Below are positions 50,030 to 63,049 of a stretch of DNA of 64,000 nt, one piece after another. Positions within the stretch are counted from its first letter, which is position 1; each line of letters opens with the position of its first letter. The position numbers and the translations under genes were made by a program. This stretch comes from Macrostomum lignano. Taxonomy: Eukaryota. The notes beneath the pieces are model-generated. The model was not told the origin of the DNA, did not search any database, and worked only from the letters and a program-made list of their open reading frames with translations. Location: NCBI GenBank assembly GCA_002269645.1, contig NIVC01001519.1, forward strand, positions 210,999-274,998, read 5' to 3'.

Positions 50030-51711
50030 CTAGGTAATTGAGGGGAAATTAGTTGGCTAAATCATCGCAAGTTGGCTGCGAACAAACTCGATCATAGCTT
50101 GGCTACTTGGCCCTAATCTGCAGATGCTATTAGGAATTGTTAGATGTGGAATTGCTCTTGTCACTTGAAAGTGTGGTTCTGTTAGTCTTAATATACATAT
50201 ATATGCTCGTACTATTGTAGAACAACAGTTTAATTATTTATCAAAATTGAAGTTGCAATTTGTAAAACGTTAAACACGCTCGTGTATTTAAGCATTTAAC
50301 CCGATGTTCACAAGTAAACGCAAGTACTACAAAGAATTTTAGTACAGTCTACTTTAAACAGAGTAGGTTAGTTTAATTCTGGGTTTCATGTACTTTGTTC
50401 ATGCAGTGACGAGCAATGTCAATATCGTACGAGTCTGATTTGTCTGTTTGATCACGCAAGCTACGTCTCACTTATCCGTTGCACGCCTCCATTCCTGTTG
50501 AGTCCTCCAGGTCGCCCTCGTTCATCAGCTCTCCAGGACGGCCCGAAACAGCTTGAATTTTCTTGTCTTTTGACTTTTCTTCTTGAATTCTTGACTTTTT
50601 GAATGACTTGCTTGCAGACTTGGATACGAGGGTCACTCAGAATGTCTTTTTAGCCCGAGTACGTCCGTTTTTCTTGCTTAAATGCCTATGGCCACTCTTC
50701 TGCTGCACGCATTTGGCCATAGCCATCGTTAACACTTAACACTAGCGTTTAAATTCACGGATTTCTTAAAATTAAGTAACTATAGTCAGTTTGTTGTTAC
50801 CAGAAAATAACCAAATAGACTATTCTGAGAAATAAATAAGTGGTTGAAATATTGTGGCGCTGCTCAATAGCTTGCGTCACTATTGACGAGCTTACGAATC
50901 TTACGATCTGTGTTTTCTATTGACTGATTTTATAAGTTTAATGCATGCATGTGTAAGTACTGTACTCATATTGTGAGGCCGCTTTATCGGCGTGAGCTCT
51001 TGTAACTTATTGCACTTGATTGAGACCTTCACTTGGGGGGGGGGGGTGTTACAGTACAATATACTGTATACTCCGCTACAGTTAAACCCCTTACGCTGTC
51101 ACGCGTCTCAAAATTTGAGGAACGTTTTTAATCATCCAAATACAATTGCTTCAGTATCGTGAGCAGAAACAACGAGCATGCAAAACTGCCGTCATGATGC
51201 ACCGATGAGGCACCTATGGCATGAAAAAAGCTTTATTGAGCAGTGTCGCATCAAGCTGACGTCAGTCGATACTTCATAACCCGCTTAGAAAACTATTGGC
51301 TCCGATACAGCCTCTCTGTCTCCAATCTCTGGCTGAATTGACATCCAATTTTGCCATCAAACCCGATGGGCCATGTTTATCGCTTTTTCTTGCCAAGCTT
51401 CAAGAAACTTTTCGCTATTATATTTGTACGAGCGTAGAATAAAAGCCAATTGTGTCCTGAACTCGTGTAGAAACTTTTCAACTCTTTACCTTTTCAACTT
51501 CTCAGATGTCATTTCTGTTTTTTTTGCCGACACTCCATAAGGAGGGCGACAATTTTATGATGCCGATTCTGTCATTGAAGAAAAAACCGTCACAACTTTA
51601 TCCTCTATTTAATGAGAGCCCCAATCGAGACAGCTTCCTACTAGCTATTTAGCCGTGGGAAAACGGTACTCAGTTGGAAAGCATTCAATACTTCAAATTT
51701 CCTACAGCAAA

Positions 51712-52560
51712 ATGTTCCCATGCGTTCAACTCCGTGCGATTGTTCCCCTGCTGCTGCCGCTGCTGCTGCTGACTCGGCCCGCGACCTGCTGCAGGCAGCG
51801 AGTCGCCTTCCACCCGATCCTCACCTCGAACTGCGTGTCCCCAGCTCACTACCAGCTGCTCGACTTTGACATCGCGGCCTGTGCGCTTCGCTGCGGAGCG
51901 GCTCCGAGATGCAGAGCCTTCGCCATGGAGGCTGCGGCCGCCTCGGACCGGCAGCTCTGCCTGCTGTTCGCCTTCGATGCCTGCAGCTCGCAGCTGCTGC
52001 TCGATCCCGGCTCGTGGAGCGGCGGCTGCCTCAGCAGGAGGCTTCGAGTCTTCGTCAAGCAGTCGGAGGGTCTCGAGCCGGGCCGACTCTGTCCCGTCGA
52101 CTATCGCTGGGTGCCTGGCGTCAGCGGCAGCCGCTTCAAGGGTTCGCTGTACAAGGCTGCTGGGAGCGGGCAGGTGGCCGACTGGAGCGCTCAGGCCGTC
52201 AGCTGCCGGAGCTTCCTGACCACCTCGGACAGGTCCGCCATGCCGCTGACGAAGCTCGCCCACCTGAGCAGCGTCGAGGAGCTCCAGGATGTGAGGGCGT
52301 CAATTGGCCTGACTGGCAGCCAAAGGATCTGGGTGGGCGCCTCGATTCTTGGCAACGGCAGCTGGGCGTGGGCGGACTGCGGCTGGCCGCTGCCGCTGCT
52401 GGACGTTGACAGCGGCGGATTGTGGAAGTCTGGCAAGCCGAACTCCAAGGATGACGTTAGATTTCGTGGCAGAATTTCGGACTCTGCGTTGACCGACTTT
52501 GATTATGCAGACCCCTTTCGCGGAGCTTGTGAATGCCTTGATCCATTCATCGAACTTTGA
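51712..52560 (+). CDS. Secreted protein: signal peptide, PAN/apple-like Cys domain and C-type lectin-like domain
   Basis: ATG at 51712 followed by a hydrophobic leader (IVPLLLPLLLL); CALRC...CRAF...CLLF; then WSAQAVSC, KLAHLSSVEE, IWVGA, WAWADC and W..GKPN. Intronless and GC-rich. Confidence 0.7.
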   Translation: MFPCVQLRAIVPLLLPLLLLTRPATCCRQRVAFHPILTSNCVSPAHYQLLDFDIAACALRCGAAPRCRAFAMEAAAASDRQLCLLFAFDACSSQLLLDPGSWSGGCLSRRLRVFVKQSEGLEPGRLCPVDYRWVPGVSGSRFKGSLYKAAGSGQVADWSAQAVSCRSFLTTSDRSAMPLTKLAHLSSVEELQDVRASIGLTGSQRIWVGASILGNGSWAWADCGWPLPLLDVDSGGLWKSGKPNSKDDVRFRGRISDSALTDFDYADPFRGACECLDPFIEL

Positions 52561-53074
52561 AACATTTTGCGTAAACTGCGTTGCAAAATGAATTTTTTTG
52601 TAGTGTGTGGTACGCAGGATGAATGAGAAACTTGTATCGCGTGAAAATGGACCTATTATTACTTGGTACTCCTAATTATAAACCAGTGCAATTAAACCTG
52701 ATTAGAATGGCAGAACATGAAGAGTTCCTATCTACGCCCGTAGTTAATTTTGTGAGCTTTTTCTTTGTGGCTTTTGCTTTTAAAAATGCCCAATTTTCCC
52801 TGCAATTTTTATCTATAATTAAAACCGTAATCATCTTTCTAGCAGTTGATATTTTTATGTCCCGGAAGTTTCCACCAACCACTTTATTAAACCGAAGTTG
52901 TTTCAACTAATTGAAAGCAATAAATACTATTTTGTTGGAGCTCTGTAAGAGCGGGTCTAAATTGTAACTTAATATACCGTTTTTGCAATTGTTTTGTTGC
53001 TTCTTTCTAGTACAAAGGGGTTGTTAAATGCAAAATGTTCTGGACTGTGTTTACTCTCAGTCAGTTTACTCTCA

Positions 53075-53343
53075 GGGGGTGTGGCCTAGTGGTTTGAGCG
53101 TCGGACTCACGACACTGGAAGGTCGGGGGTTCGATTCTCGACCCAGTCGGAACAATTTGTGTCCTTCAGCAAGACACTTAACTCTGCATTGCTTCAGTTC
53201 ACTCAGCTGTAAAATGGGTGCCAGCATTAGCTGGGGTAACTGAGGGTGTGTGTGGCGACCCCCCAGTCCTTGGACTGAACAGCCGTACGCAGTCTTCAGA
53301 TGCGCCCCGCAGTAGCTGCGGCTGAGCTGTCGGTTGCACATCT
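53075..53343 (+). mobile_element. tRNA-derived CORE-SINE, near full length
   Basis: A box (TGGCCTAGTGG) and B box (GGTTCGATTC), then TGTGTCCTTCAGCAAGACACTTAAC...CTGTAAAATGGG resembling the MIR CORE consensus. Confidence 0.8.
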
Positions 53344-53613
53344 GTGCCTATCATCTGTGCACACCATTTGCTTAACTCTTAATGCATATGAATAGTATAT
53401 TGTTTGAGTTCGCGGCGCTTCTGCAGCGTCGCCACGTGCTTACCTACGACTGCCTTTAGTCCTTTAGAAGCAGTGAGGTTTTTCACCCTGTATGACACAA
53501 CTTTTTTTCAAAGACCCTGACATGGTATTTTTGTAGTTGTGTTGAGTTGCATTAATTGTTGGTTAAGTTTATTGAGTGCAAAACTTAATACTTGCGTTCA
53601 ACCTAATTGAATC

Positions 53614-53661
53614 CAGGGACTACTTAAACTAGTACTAGTAAACTAGTTTAAGTAGTCCCCG
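53614..53661. mobile_element. 48-bp micro-MITE (TIR-only hairpin), hAT-like
   Basis: Perfect 18-bp inverted arms GGGACTACTTAAACTAGT with an 8-nt loop, CA...(C)G ends, and 8-bp direct repeat ATTGAATC on both sides. Confidence 0.65.
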
Positions 53662-54088
53662 ATTGAATCTAAGTTAATATAAGCGTTGACGGAACAATTA
53701 GTTAACAGGAATTCAATCACACGAACGGAGCGAATGAAATACTTAACGTACATGTACATGTAGATATAACTAACAGCTTAAACGAGCGATAGGTAATATT
53801 TTTGAGAATATATTGAGTGATTGAAAATACATGTAAGTCGAATAAACATATTCATGTAAACTGCAGATCCACGGGTTGAAAAATGTGTATTACTGAGAAT
53901 GCTATGAAACTATAGGTATAAACTAAAAGCTAGAAAAAACATAGAAAGCTGAAAATTGCATTGAGTACATTTATAGACATCATGAAACACACACGACACG
54001 GCAAAGAAATCGGAGGAGAGTTATCATATTAATATAGTTATCATTAGTTATAGTATGCGGTAAATGACTAATATAAAACACCCCGTTT

Positions 54089-55390
54089 CGAGTGGTTGTC
54101 AGGAAAGTTCTGTGTATTAGAGAATAGCTCAGCTCTATGAACAAATGAAGAGTTGGGGTTTTAGCCATAGACATATACATATATAAAGAGTCGCTAGCTT
54201 CAGTTTTAGAGCACCAGATCATTTCTAGCCTGTGTTAGCAGTAATTTTTCAACCACACCCATGGCGCATTCCGTCCCGCGAGAGAGTTTTTCTAAACGCG
54301 ACAATCGAGCGATCATCAAGTTTCATGTCCTTCAGGGGCGTACAGCAACCGAGATTTTTGAAGAAATGCGGCAGACCATAGGAGACCATAGCAACGGCAA
54401 AGAAGACCTCGACGACAAGCCACGCAGTGGACGACCAACGAGTGCTCGGACTGACAGCCTGGTGAGTCAGGTGGAGGCAGCCGTGCTGCAGGACCGGAGA
54501 CTGACCACCAGGCAGCTGGCTGATGCCACAGGGGTGTCCCACGACTCAGTCCACAAGATCCTGACCGAGGACCTTGGGATGCGCAAGGTCTGTGCCAAGT
54601 GGGTGCCGCATCTGCTCACTGACGATCAGCGGGCTCGGCGGGTCGCCATGTGCGCATCCAACCTGCAGCGGTGTCGGCGGGAGGGCATGGCGTTCCTGCA
54701 AAGGATCGTTGCCTGCGACGAAACCTGGGCGCATTTTTGGGAGGCGGAGTTGAAGCGGCAGAGTGCCACATGGTGCAGGCCAGGTTCTCCGCGACCTCAA
54801 AAGGCCATCCGGAGCATCGGCCAGCTGAAGGTCATGCACGTGACTTTCTTCGACCGGGAGGGTCTGTTGTTCGATCAGCCTGTGCCAGTGGGGCAGACGG
54901 TCAATGGTGATTTCTACCTGTGGGTTCTGGTGAAAGGTCGGCGTGCCATTCGGGACAAAAGGCCTGCACTTCACGCGGCTGGCCCGATTCTGCTTCACGA
55001 CAACGCAGCCCCGCACCGAAAGCAAAGCGTGCTGGCTACGATCGAGTCGTGGGGGTGGGAAATTCTTCCGCATCCGCCTTATTCCCCGGACTTAAGTCCA
55101 TGCGACTTTTTCCTCTTCCCTCGCATCAAGCAGTCGATGGGGGGCCAGCGTTTCAGTGCAGAGAAAGACGTGAATCGGGCCTAACAAGGCTGGCATTGCC
55201 GCCGTGACGAACAATGGCATGACTACAGGCATTGACGGGCTGGTGCGGCGTTGGGAGAAGTGCATTGAAGCTGAGGGCTCATACTTTGAGTGAATAGATG
55301 TTAAGGAAGACATTTGTAACTTTTAATGTTTCTGCTGATTATCGTTCTCAAGTTATTACAATATACACAGAACTTTTCTGACAACCCTCA
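54089..55390 (+). mobile_element. Mariner (Tc1/mariner, DD34D) transposon, defective copy
   Basis: About 30-bp TIRs (cgagtggttgtcaggaaagttctgtgtat / atacacagaacttttctgacaaccctca, then TA). ORF 54261-55184 has WVPHLL, CDETW, HDNA and YSPDLSPCD with 34 residues between the last two Asp. The C-terminus (RRWEKCIEAEGSYFE, stop about 55292) is in another frame. Confidence 0.95.
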
Positions 55391-56254
55391 TAAAATAAGC
55401 ACTATTCCGAGTATACTAGCATCTGACAACAAAGGGCGCTCCGACCGGTAGGTCTGGGATTTTAATACGCTCGTGTGATATTTTGCAGTTTAAAATTTAC
55501 TGTAAAACTTGGGGAACCTGGCTATAATCCTCAACTTTTTCCTGTTGATTTATGTTACCTTGGTTACCGCGCCCACTTCAGGCACACGATATTGGGTGCA
55601 TTCTTCCCCGTATTCCGCATCTGGCCCTTGCACCACCTCCCAATATAGCTATAATTCTCTTCTGAGCTTCAATTGACGGGTCCAAAACTAAACAAGCTGC
55701 CGCAATTGCAATGTCCTTGATCAGTGGTCCTTGATTTATTTATCCTTGAACTTGACCAAGCTCCCTTGAATCAAACGGGGAAAAAGTGAGATATTCTTAC
55801 TGTGCTGCCTTGACGCTCTCTCGTACTGCTTCAGCTTAAAAGAGATGATGCAAATTCAGCGCATAGATCTAGAGTTCGTTTTTTAGCGACATTCAGCCGC
55901 TCATGCCTTTGCGGGTGCCTGCAACTGCATACATGTAGCTTATTCTAGCCACCATTTTTAGACCCATTATCTCTGAACTGCAGTAGAATATCCGGTAGCT
56001 ATACAGCCTCGAATGTCAATAAAAATCACAATTCGCTAAAAGCATGCAGGTGAAATGATCAACACAAGCGATATGTAGCTATACATGTATTCTCTGAGAT
56101 ATAGATGGTTGTCAGTCAACGCATAAAAGCTTTCTTGAAGCGAAATTTACATTTCTGTTCATTTTTCCAAATTTTTGTTGTCAATAGTGATAGAAGTTAG
56201 AGTTGGAGGTTTTTCGGAGTTCAAGTCATCGGTCCTATGCATCTATAATTTCAG

Positions 56255-59200
56255 AGAATCGGTCCAATATGACAAATTTCTAAGAATCGGTCCAATATGA
56301 CAAATTTCTAAGAATCGGTCCAATATGACAAATTTCTAAGAATCGGTCCAATATGACAAATTTCTAAGAATCGGTCCAATATGACAAATTTCTAAGAATC
56401 GGTCCAATATGACAAATTTCTAAGAATCGGTGTTATATAGCAGCTTTCTAAGAATCGGTCCTATGTAGCAAATTTCTAAGAATCGGTCCTATATAGAAAC
56501 TATCTAAGAATCGGTATTATGTAGCAACTTTCTAAGAATCGGTCCTATGTAGCAACTTTCTAAAAATCGATCCTATATAGAAACTTTCTAAGAATCGGTC
56601 CTATGTAGCAACTTTCTAAGAATCGGTCCTATATAGAAACTTTCTAAGAATCGGTCCTATGTAGCAACTTTCTAAAAATCGGTCCTATATAGAAACTTTC
56701 TAAGAATCGGTCCTATGTAGCAACTTTCTAAGAATCGGTCCTATGTAGCAACTTTCTAAAAATCGGTCCTATATAGAAACTTTCTAAGAATCGGTCCTAT
56801 GTAGAAACTTTCTAAAATCGGTCCTATGTAGCAACTTTCTAAGAATCGGTCCTATATAGAAACTTTCTAAGAATCGGTCCTATGTAGCAACTTTCTTCGG
56901 TCCTATATAGAAACTTTCTAAGAATCGGTCCTATGTAGCAACTTTCTTAGAATCGGTCCTATATAGAAACTTTCTAAGAATCGGTCCTATGTAGCAACTT
57001 TCTAGAATCGGTCCTATATAGAAACTTTCTAAGAATCGGTCCTATGTAGCAACTTTCTAAGAATCGGTCCTATATAGAAACTTTCTAAGAATCGGTTCTA
57101 TGTAGCAACTTTCTTAGAATCGGTCTTATATAGAAACTTTCTAAGAATCGGTCCTATGTAGCAACTTTCTTAGAATCGGTCCTATATAGAAACTTTCTAA
57201 GAATCGGTCCTATGTAGCAACTTTCTAGAATCGGTCCTATATAGAAACTTTCTAAGAATCGGTCCTATGTAGCAACTTTCTAAGAATCGGTCCTATATAG
57301 AAACTTTCTAAGAATCGGTCCTATGTAGCAACTTTCTAAGAATCGGTCCTATATAGAAACTTTCTAAGAATCGGTCCTATGTAGCAACTTTCTAAGAATC
57401 GGTCCTATATAGAAACTTTCTAAGAATCGGTCCTATGTAGCAACTTTCTAAGAATCGGTCCTATGTAGCAACTTTCTAAGAATCGGTCCTATATAGAAAC
57501 TTTCTAAGAATCGGTCCTATGTAGCAACTTTCTAAGAATCGGTCCTATATAGAAACTTTCTAAGAATCGGTCCTATGTAGCAACTTTCTAAGAATCGGTC
57601 CTATGTAGCAACTTTCTAAAATCGGTCCTATGTAGCAACTTTCTAAGAATCGGTCCTATATAGAAACTTTCTAAGAATCGGTCCTATGTAGCAACTTTCT
57701 AAGAATCGGTCCTATATAGAAACTTTCTAAGAATCGGTCCTATGTAGCAACTTTCTAGAATCGGTCCTATATAGAAACTTTCTAAGAATCGGTCCTATGT
57801 AGCAACTTTCTTAGAATCGGTCCTATATAGAAACTTTCTAAGAATCGGTCCTATGTAGCAACTTTCTAGAATCGGTCCTATATAGAAACTTTCTAAGAAT
57901 CGGTCCTATGTAGCAACTTTCTAAGAATCGGTCCTATATAGAAACTTTCTAAGAATCGGTCCTATGTAGCAACTTTCTTAGAATCGGTCTTATATAGAAA
58001 CTTTCTAAGAATCGGTCCTATGTAGCAACTTTCTTAGAATCGGTCCTATATAGAAACTTTCTAAGAATCGGTCCTATGTAGCAACTTTCTAGAATCGGTC
58101 CTATATAGAAACTTTCTAAGAATCGGTCCTATGTAGCAACTTTCTAAGAATCGGTCCTATATAGAACTTTCTAAGAATCGGTCCTATGTAGCAACTTTCT
58201 AAGAATCGGTCCTATGTAGCAACTTTCTAAGAATCGGTCCTATATAGAAACTTTCTAAGAATCGGTCCTATGTAGCAACTTTCTAAGAATCGGTCCTATA
58301 TAGAAACTTTCTAAGAATCGGTCCTATGTAGCAACTTTCTAAGAATCGGTCCTATGTAGCAACTTTCTAAGAATCGGTCCTATGTAGCAACTTTCTAAGA
58401 ATCGGTCCTATGTAGCAACTTTCTAAGAATCGGTCCTATATAGAAACTTTCTAAGAATCGGTCCTATGTAGCAACTTTCTAAGAATCGGTCCTATATAGA
58501 AACTTTCTAAGAATCGGTCCTATGTAGCAACTTTCTAGAATCGGTCCTATATAGAAACTTTCTAAGAATCGGTCCTATGTAGCAACTTTCTAGAATCGGT
58601 CCTATATAGAAACTTTCTAAGAATCGGTCCTATGTAGCAACTTTCTTAGAATCGGTCCTATATAGAAACTTTCTAAGAATCGGTTCTATGTAGCAACTTT
58701 CTAGAATCGGTCTATATAGAAACTTTCTAAGAATCGGTCCTATGTAGCAACTTTCTTAGAATCGGTCCTATATAGAAACTTTCTAAGAATCGGTCCTATG
58801 TAGCAACTTTCTAGAATCGGTCCTATATAGAAACTTTCTAAGAATCGGTCCTATGTAGCAACTTTCTAAGAATCGGTCCTATATAGAAACTTTCTAAGAA
58901 TCGGTCCTATGTAGCAACTTTCTAAGAATCGGTCCTATGTAGAAACTTTCTAAGAATCGGTCCTATGTAGCAACTTTCTAAGAATCGGTCCTATGTAGCA
59001 ACTTTCTAAGAATCGGTCCTATATAGAAACTTTCTAAGAATCGGTCCTATGTAGCAACTTTCTAAGAATCGGTCCTATGTAGCAACTTTCTAAGAATCGG
59101 TCCTATATAGAAACTTTCTAAGAATCGGTCCTATGTAGCAACTTTCTAAAATCGGTCCTATGTAGCAACTTTCTAAGAATCGGTCCTATATAGAAACTTT

Positions 59201-62200
59201 CTAAGAATCGGTCCTATGTAGCAACTTTCTAGAATCGGTCCTATATAGAAACTTTCTAAGAATCGGTCCTATGTAGCAACTTTCTAGAATCGGTCCTATA
59301 TAGAAACTTTCTAAGAATCGGTCCTATGTAGCAACTTTCTAAGAATCGGTCCTATATAGAAACTTTCTAAGAATCGGTCCTATGTAGCAACTTTCTAAGA
59401 ATCGGTCCTATATAGAAACTTTCTAAGAATCGGTCCTATGTAGCAACTTTCTAAGAATCGGTCTATATAGAAACTTTCTAAGAATCGGTCCTATGTAGCA
59501 ACTTTCTTAGAATCGGTCCTATATAGAAACTTTCTAAGAATCGGTCCTATGTAGCAACTTTCTAAGAATCGGTCCTATGTAGCAACTTTCTAAGAATCGG
59601 TCCTATGTAGCAACTTTCTAAGAATCGGTCCTATGTAGCAACTTTCTAAGAATCGGTCCTATATAGAAACTTTCTAAGAATCGGTCCTATGTAGCAACTT
59701 TCTAAGAATCGGTCCTATATAGAAACTTTCTAAGAATCGGTCCTATGTAGCAACTTTCTAAGAATCGGTCCTATGTAGCAACTTTCTAAGAATCGGTCCT
59801 ATGTAGCAACTTTCTAAGAATCGGTCCTATGTAGCAACTTTCTAAGAATCGGTCCTATGTAGCAACTTTCTAAGAATCGGTCCTATGTAGCAACTTTCTA
59901 AGAATCGGTCCTATGTAGCAACTTTCTAAGAATCGGTCCTATGTAGCAACTTTCTTAGAATCGGTCCTATATAGAAACTTTCTAAGAATCGGTCCTATGT
60001 AGCAACTTTCTTAGAATCGGTCCTATATAGAAACTTTCTAAGAATCGGTCCTATGTAGCAACTTTCTAAGAATCGGTCCTATATAGAAACTTTCTAAGAA
60101 TCGGTCCTATGTAGCAACTTTCTAAGAATCGGTCCTATATAGAAACTTTCTAAGAATCGGTCCTATGTAGCAACTTTCTAAGAATCGGTCCTATGTAGCA
60201 ACTTTCTAAGAATCGGTCCTATGTAGCAACTTTCTAAGAATCGGTCCTATGTAGCAACTTTCTAAGAATCGGTCCTATGTAGCAACTTTCTAAGAATCGG
60301 TCCTATGTAGCAACTTTCTAAGAATCGGTCCTATATAGCAACTTTCTAAGAATCGGTCCTATATAGAAACTTTCTAAGAATCGGTCCTATATAGCAACTT
60401 TCTAAGAATCGGTCCTATATAGAAACTTTCTAAGAATCGGTCCTATATAGAAACTTTCTAAGAATCGGTCCTATATAGAAACTTTCTAAGAATCGGTCCT
60501 ATATAGCAGCTTTCTAAGAATCGGTCCTATATAGCAAACTTTCTAAGAATCGGTCCTATATAGAAACTTTCTAAAAATCGGTCCTATATAGAAACTTTCT
60601 AAGAATCGGTCCTATGTAGCAACTTTCTAAGAATCGGTCCTATGTAGCAACTTTCTAAGAATCGGTCCTATGTAGCAACTTTCTAAGAATCGGTCCTATG
60701 TAGCAACTTTCTAAGAATCGGTCCTATGTAGCAACTTTCTAAGAATCGGTCCTATGTAGCAACTTTCTAAGAATCGGTCCTATGTAGCAACTTTCTAAGA
60801 ATCGGTCCTATATAGCAACTTTCTAAGAATCGGTCCTATATAGAAACTTTCTAAGAATCGGTCCTATATAGCAACTTTCTAAGAATCGGTCCTATATAGA
60901 AACTTTCTAAGAATCGGTCCTATATAGAACTTTCTAAAATCGGTCCTATATAGAAACTTTCTAAGAATCGGTCCTATATAGCAACTTTCTAAGAATCGGT
61001 CCTATATAGAAACTTTCTAAGAATCGGTCCTATATAGAAACTTTCTAAGAATCGGTCCTATATAGAAACTTTCTAAGAATCGGTCCTATGTAGCAACTTT
61101 CTAAATCGGTCCTATATAGAAACTTTCTAAGAATCGGTCCTATGTAGCAACTTTCTAAGAATCGGTCCTATATAGAAACTTTCTAAGAATCGGTCCTATA
61201 TAGAAACTTTCTAAAAATCGGTCCTATATACTAAACTTAATTTCCAAGAATCGTCCTAATGCAAAGTTTTTTATAGCTACGAGCTAAAAAATGCAAAGAT
61301 TCGCTCCTAATGAATTTGCACCTTTAACTAACCAATTCTCCTATGTAGCAACTTTCTAAGAATCGGTCCTATGTAGCAACTTTCTAAAAATCGGTCCTAT
61401 GTAGCAACTTTCTAAGAATCGGTCCTATGTAGCAACTTTCTAAGAATCGGTCCTATGTAGCAACTTTCTAAGAATCGGTCCTATGTAGCAACTTTCTTAG
61501 AATCGGTCCTATATAGAAACTTTCTAAGAATCGGTCCTATGTAGCAACTTTCTTAGAATCGGTCCTATATAGAAACTTTCTAAGAATCGGTCCTATGTAG
61601 CAACTTTCTAAGAATCGGTCCTATATAGAAACTTTCTAAGAATCGGTCCTATGTAGCAACTTTCTAAGAATCGGTCCTATAGAAACTTTCTAAGAATCGG
61701 TCCTATGTAGCAACTTTCTAAGAATCGGTCCTATGTAGCAACTTTCTAAGAATCGGTCCTATGTAGCAACTTTCTAAGAATCGGTCCTATGTAGCAACTT
61801 TCTAAGAATCGGTCCTATGTAGCAACTTTCTAAGAATCGGTCCTATATAGCAGCTTTCTAAGAATCGGTCCTATATAGAAACTTTCTAAGAATCGGTCCT
61901 ATATAGCAGCTTTCTAAGAATCGGTCCTATATAGAAACTTTCTAAGAATCGGTCCTATATAGAAACTTTCTAAAAATCGGTCCTATGTAGCAACTTTCTA
62001 AAAATCGGTCCTATATAGAAACTTTCTAAGAATCGGTCCTATGTAGCAACTTTCTAAGAATCGGTCCTATGTAGCAACTTTCTAAGAATCGGTCCTATAT
62101 AGAAACTTTCTAAGAATCGGTCCTATATAGCAGCTTTCTAAGAATCGGTCCTATATAGAAACTTTCTAAGAATCGGTCCTATATAGAAACTTTCTAAAAA

Positions 62201-62395
62201 TCGGTCTTATATAGAAACTTTCTAAGAATCGGTCCTATATAGCAGCTTTCTAAGAATCGGTCCTATATAGAAACTTTCTAAAAATCGGTCCTATATAGAA
62301 ACTTTCTAAAAATCGGTCCTATATAGAAACTTTCTAAAAATCGGTCCTATATAGAAACTTTCTAAAAATCGTCCTATATAGAAACTTTCTAAAAA
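56255..62395. repeat. 28-bp satellite array (about 6 kb)
   Basis: Unit aagaatcggtcctatgtagcaactttct with variant ...tatatagaaac..., interrupted at 61231-61340. Confidence 0.97.
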
Positions 62396-63049
62396 TTAAT
62401 TAACATTAATTTCCAAGAATCGTCCCAATGCAAAGTTTTTATAGCTACGACTAAAAAATGCAAAGATTCGCTTCTGACAAAGAAAACTAATGAATTTGCA
62501 CCTTTAACTAACCAATTCTCAATCCTCAACTATAAACAGTATAAAGTCTTTGCTCTTTTGGCAATCCGAATCTATTAATAATACAATAGTTTTGGTTGAA
62601 ATTGCGCGTACTTTCAAAAAACTTAGCAAAATGACAGCTTGTACTCTCTTGATTGTATTGTCAACATGCAAGCGCTCAAGTTCTCAACAGCTACACAAAC
62701 CTACATTGCAATTTACATGCAGTAATTATAATTAAACTTCTGAATCTTGCGTAAAGTACATTTTTTACTAATATACGTTCTCTTGGAAACTCCGCACTTA
62801 TCTAATTTCGATTCTCAAGGGTATTCTAAATACACAGTTAGTGATACAACAAATAGGTTCTTTACCTTATTTACTTAATTAGCTCATTTCTAAAAAGTTC
62901 CAGTGCAGCGTTCCTTTACTGTAGTTGTCTCACGATTTACATGTAAGTTCAGCATTACAATCTGTTTATGCACATGAGAAAAGCATAACGTGTTCTTGCA
63001 TTGCGTCAAAAATACGAAAAAGGGTCGATGCATTCGCAGGCTCCGTAGA

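Noticed and set aside
50450-50726. Minus-strand Lys-rich frame with one in-frame TGA (possible readthrough or selenoprotein)
   Set aside because: Short, no homology recognised, and no SECIS-like structure identified.
51685-52448. Overlapping antisense and alternative-frame ORFs over GC-rich exons (also at 1168, 21275, 54546)
   Set aside because: Shadow ORFs of GC-rich coding sequence.
53075-53150. tRNA gene
   Set aside because: tRNA-like head continues into CORE and tail shared by other copies, so it is a SINE.
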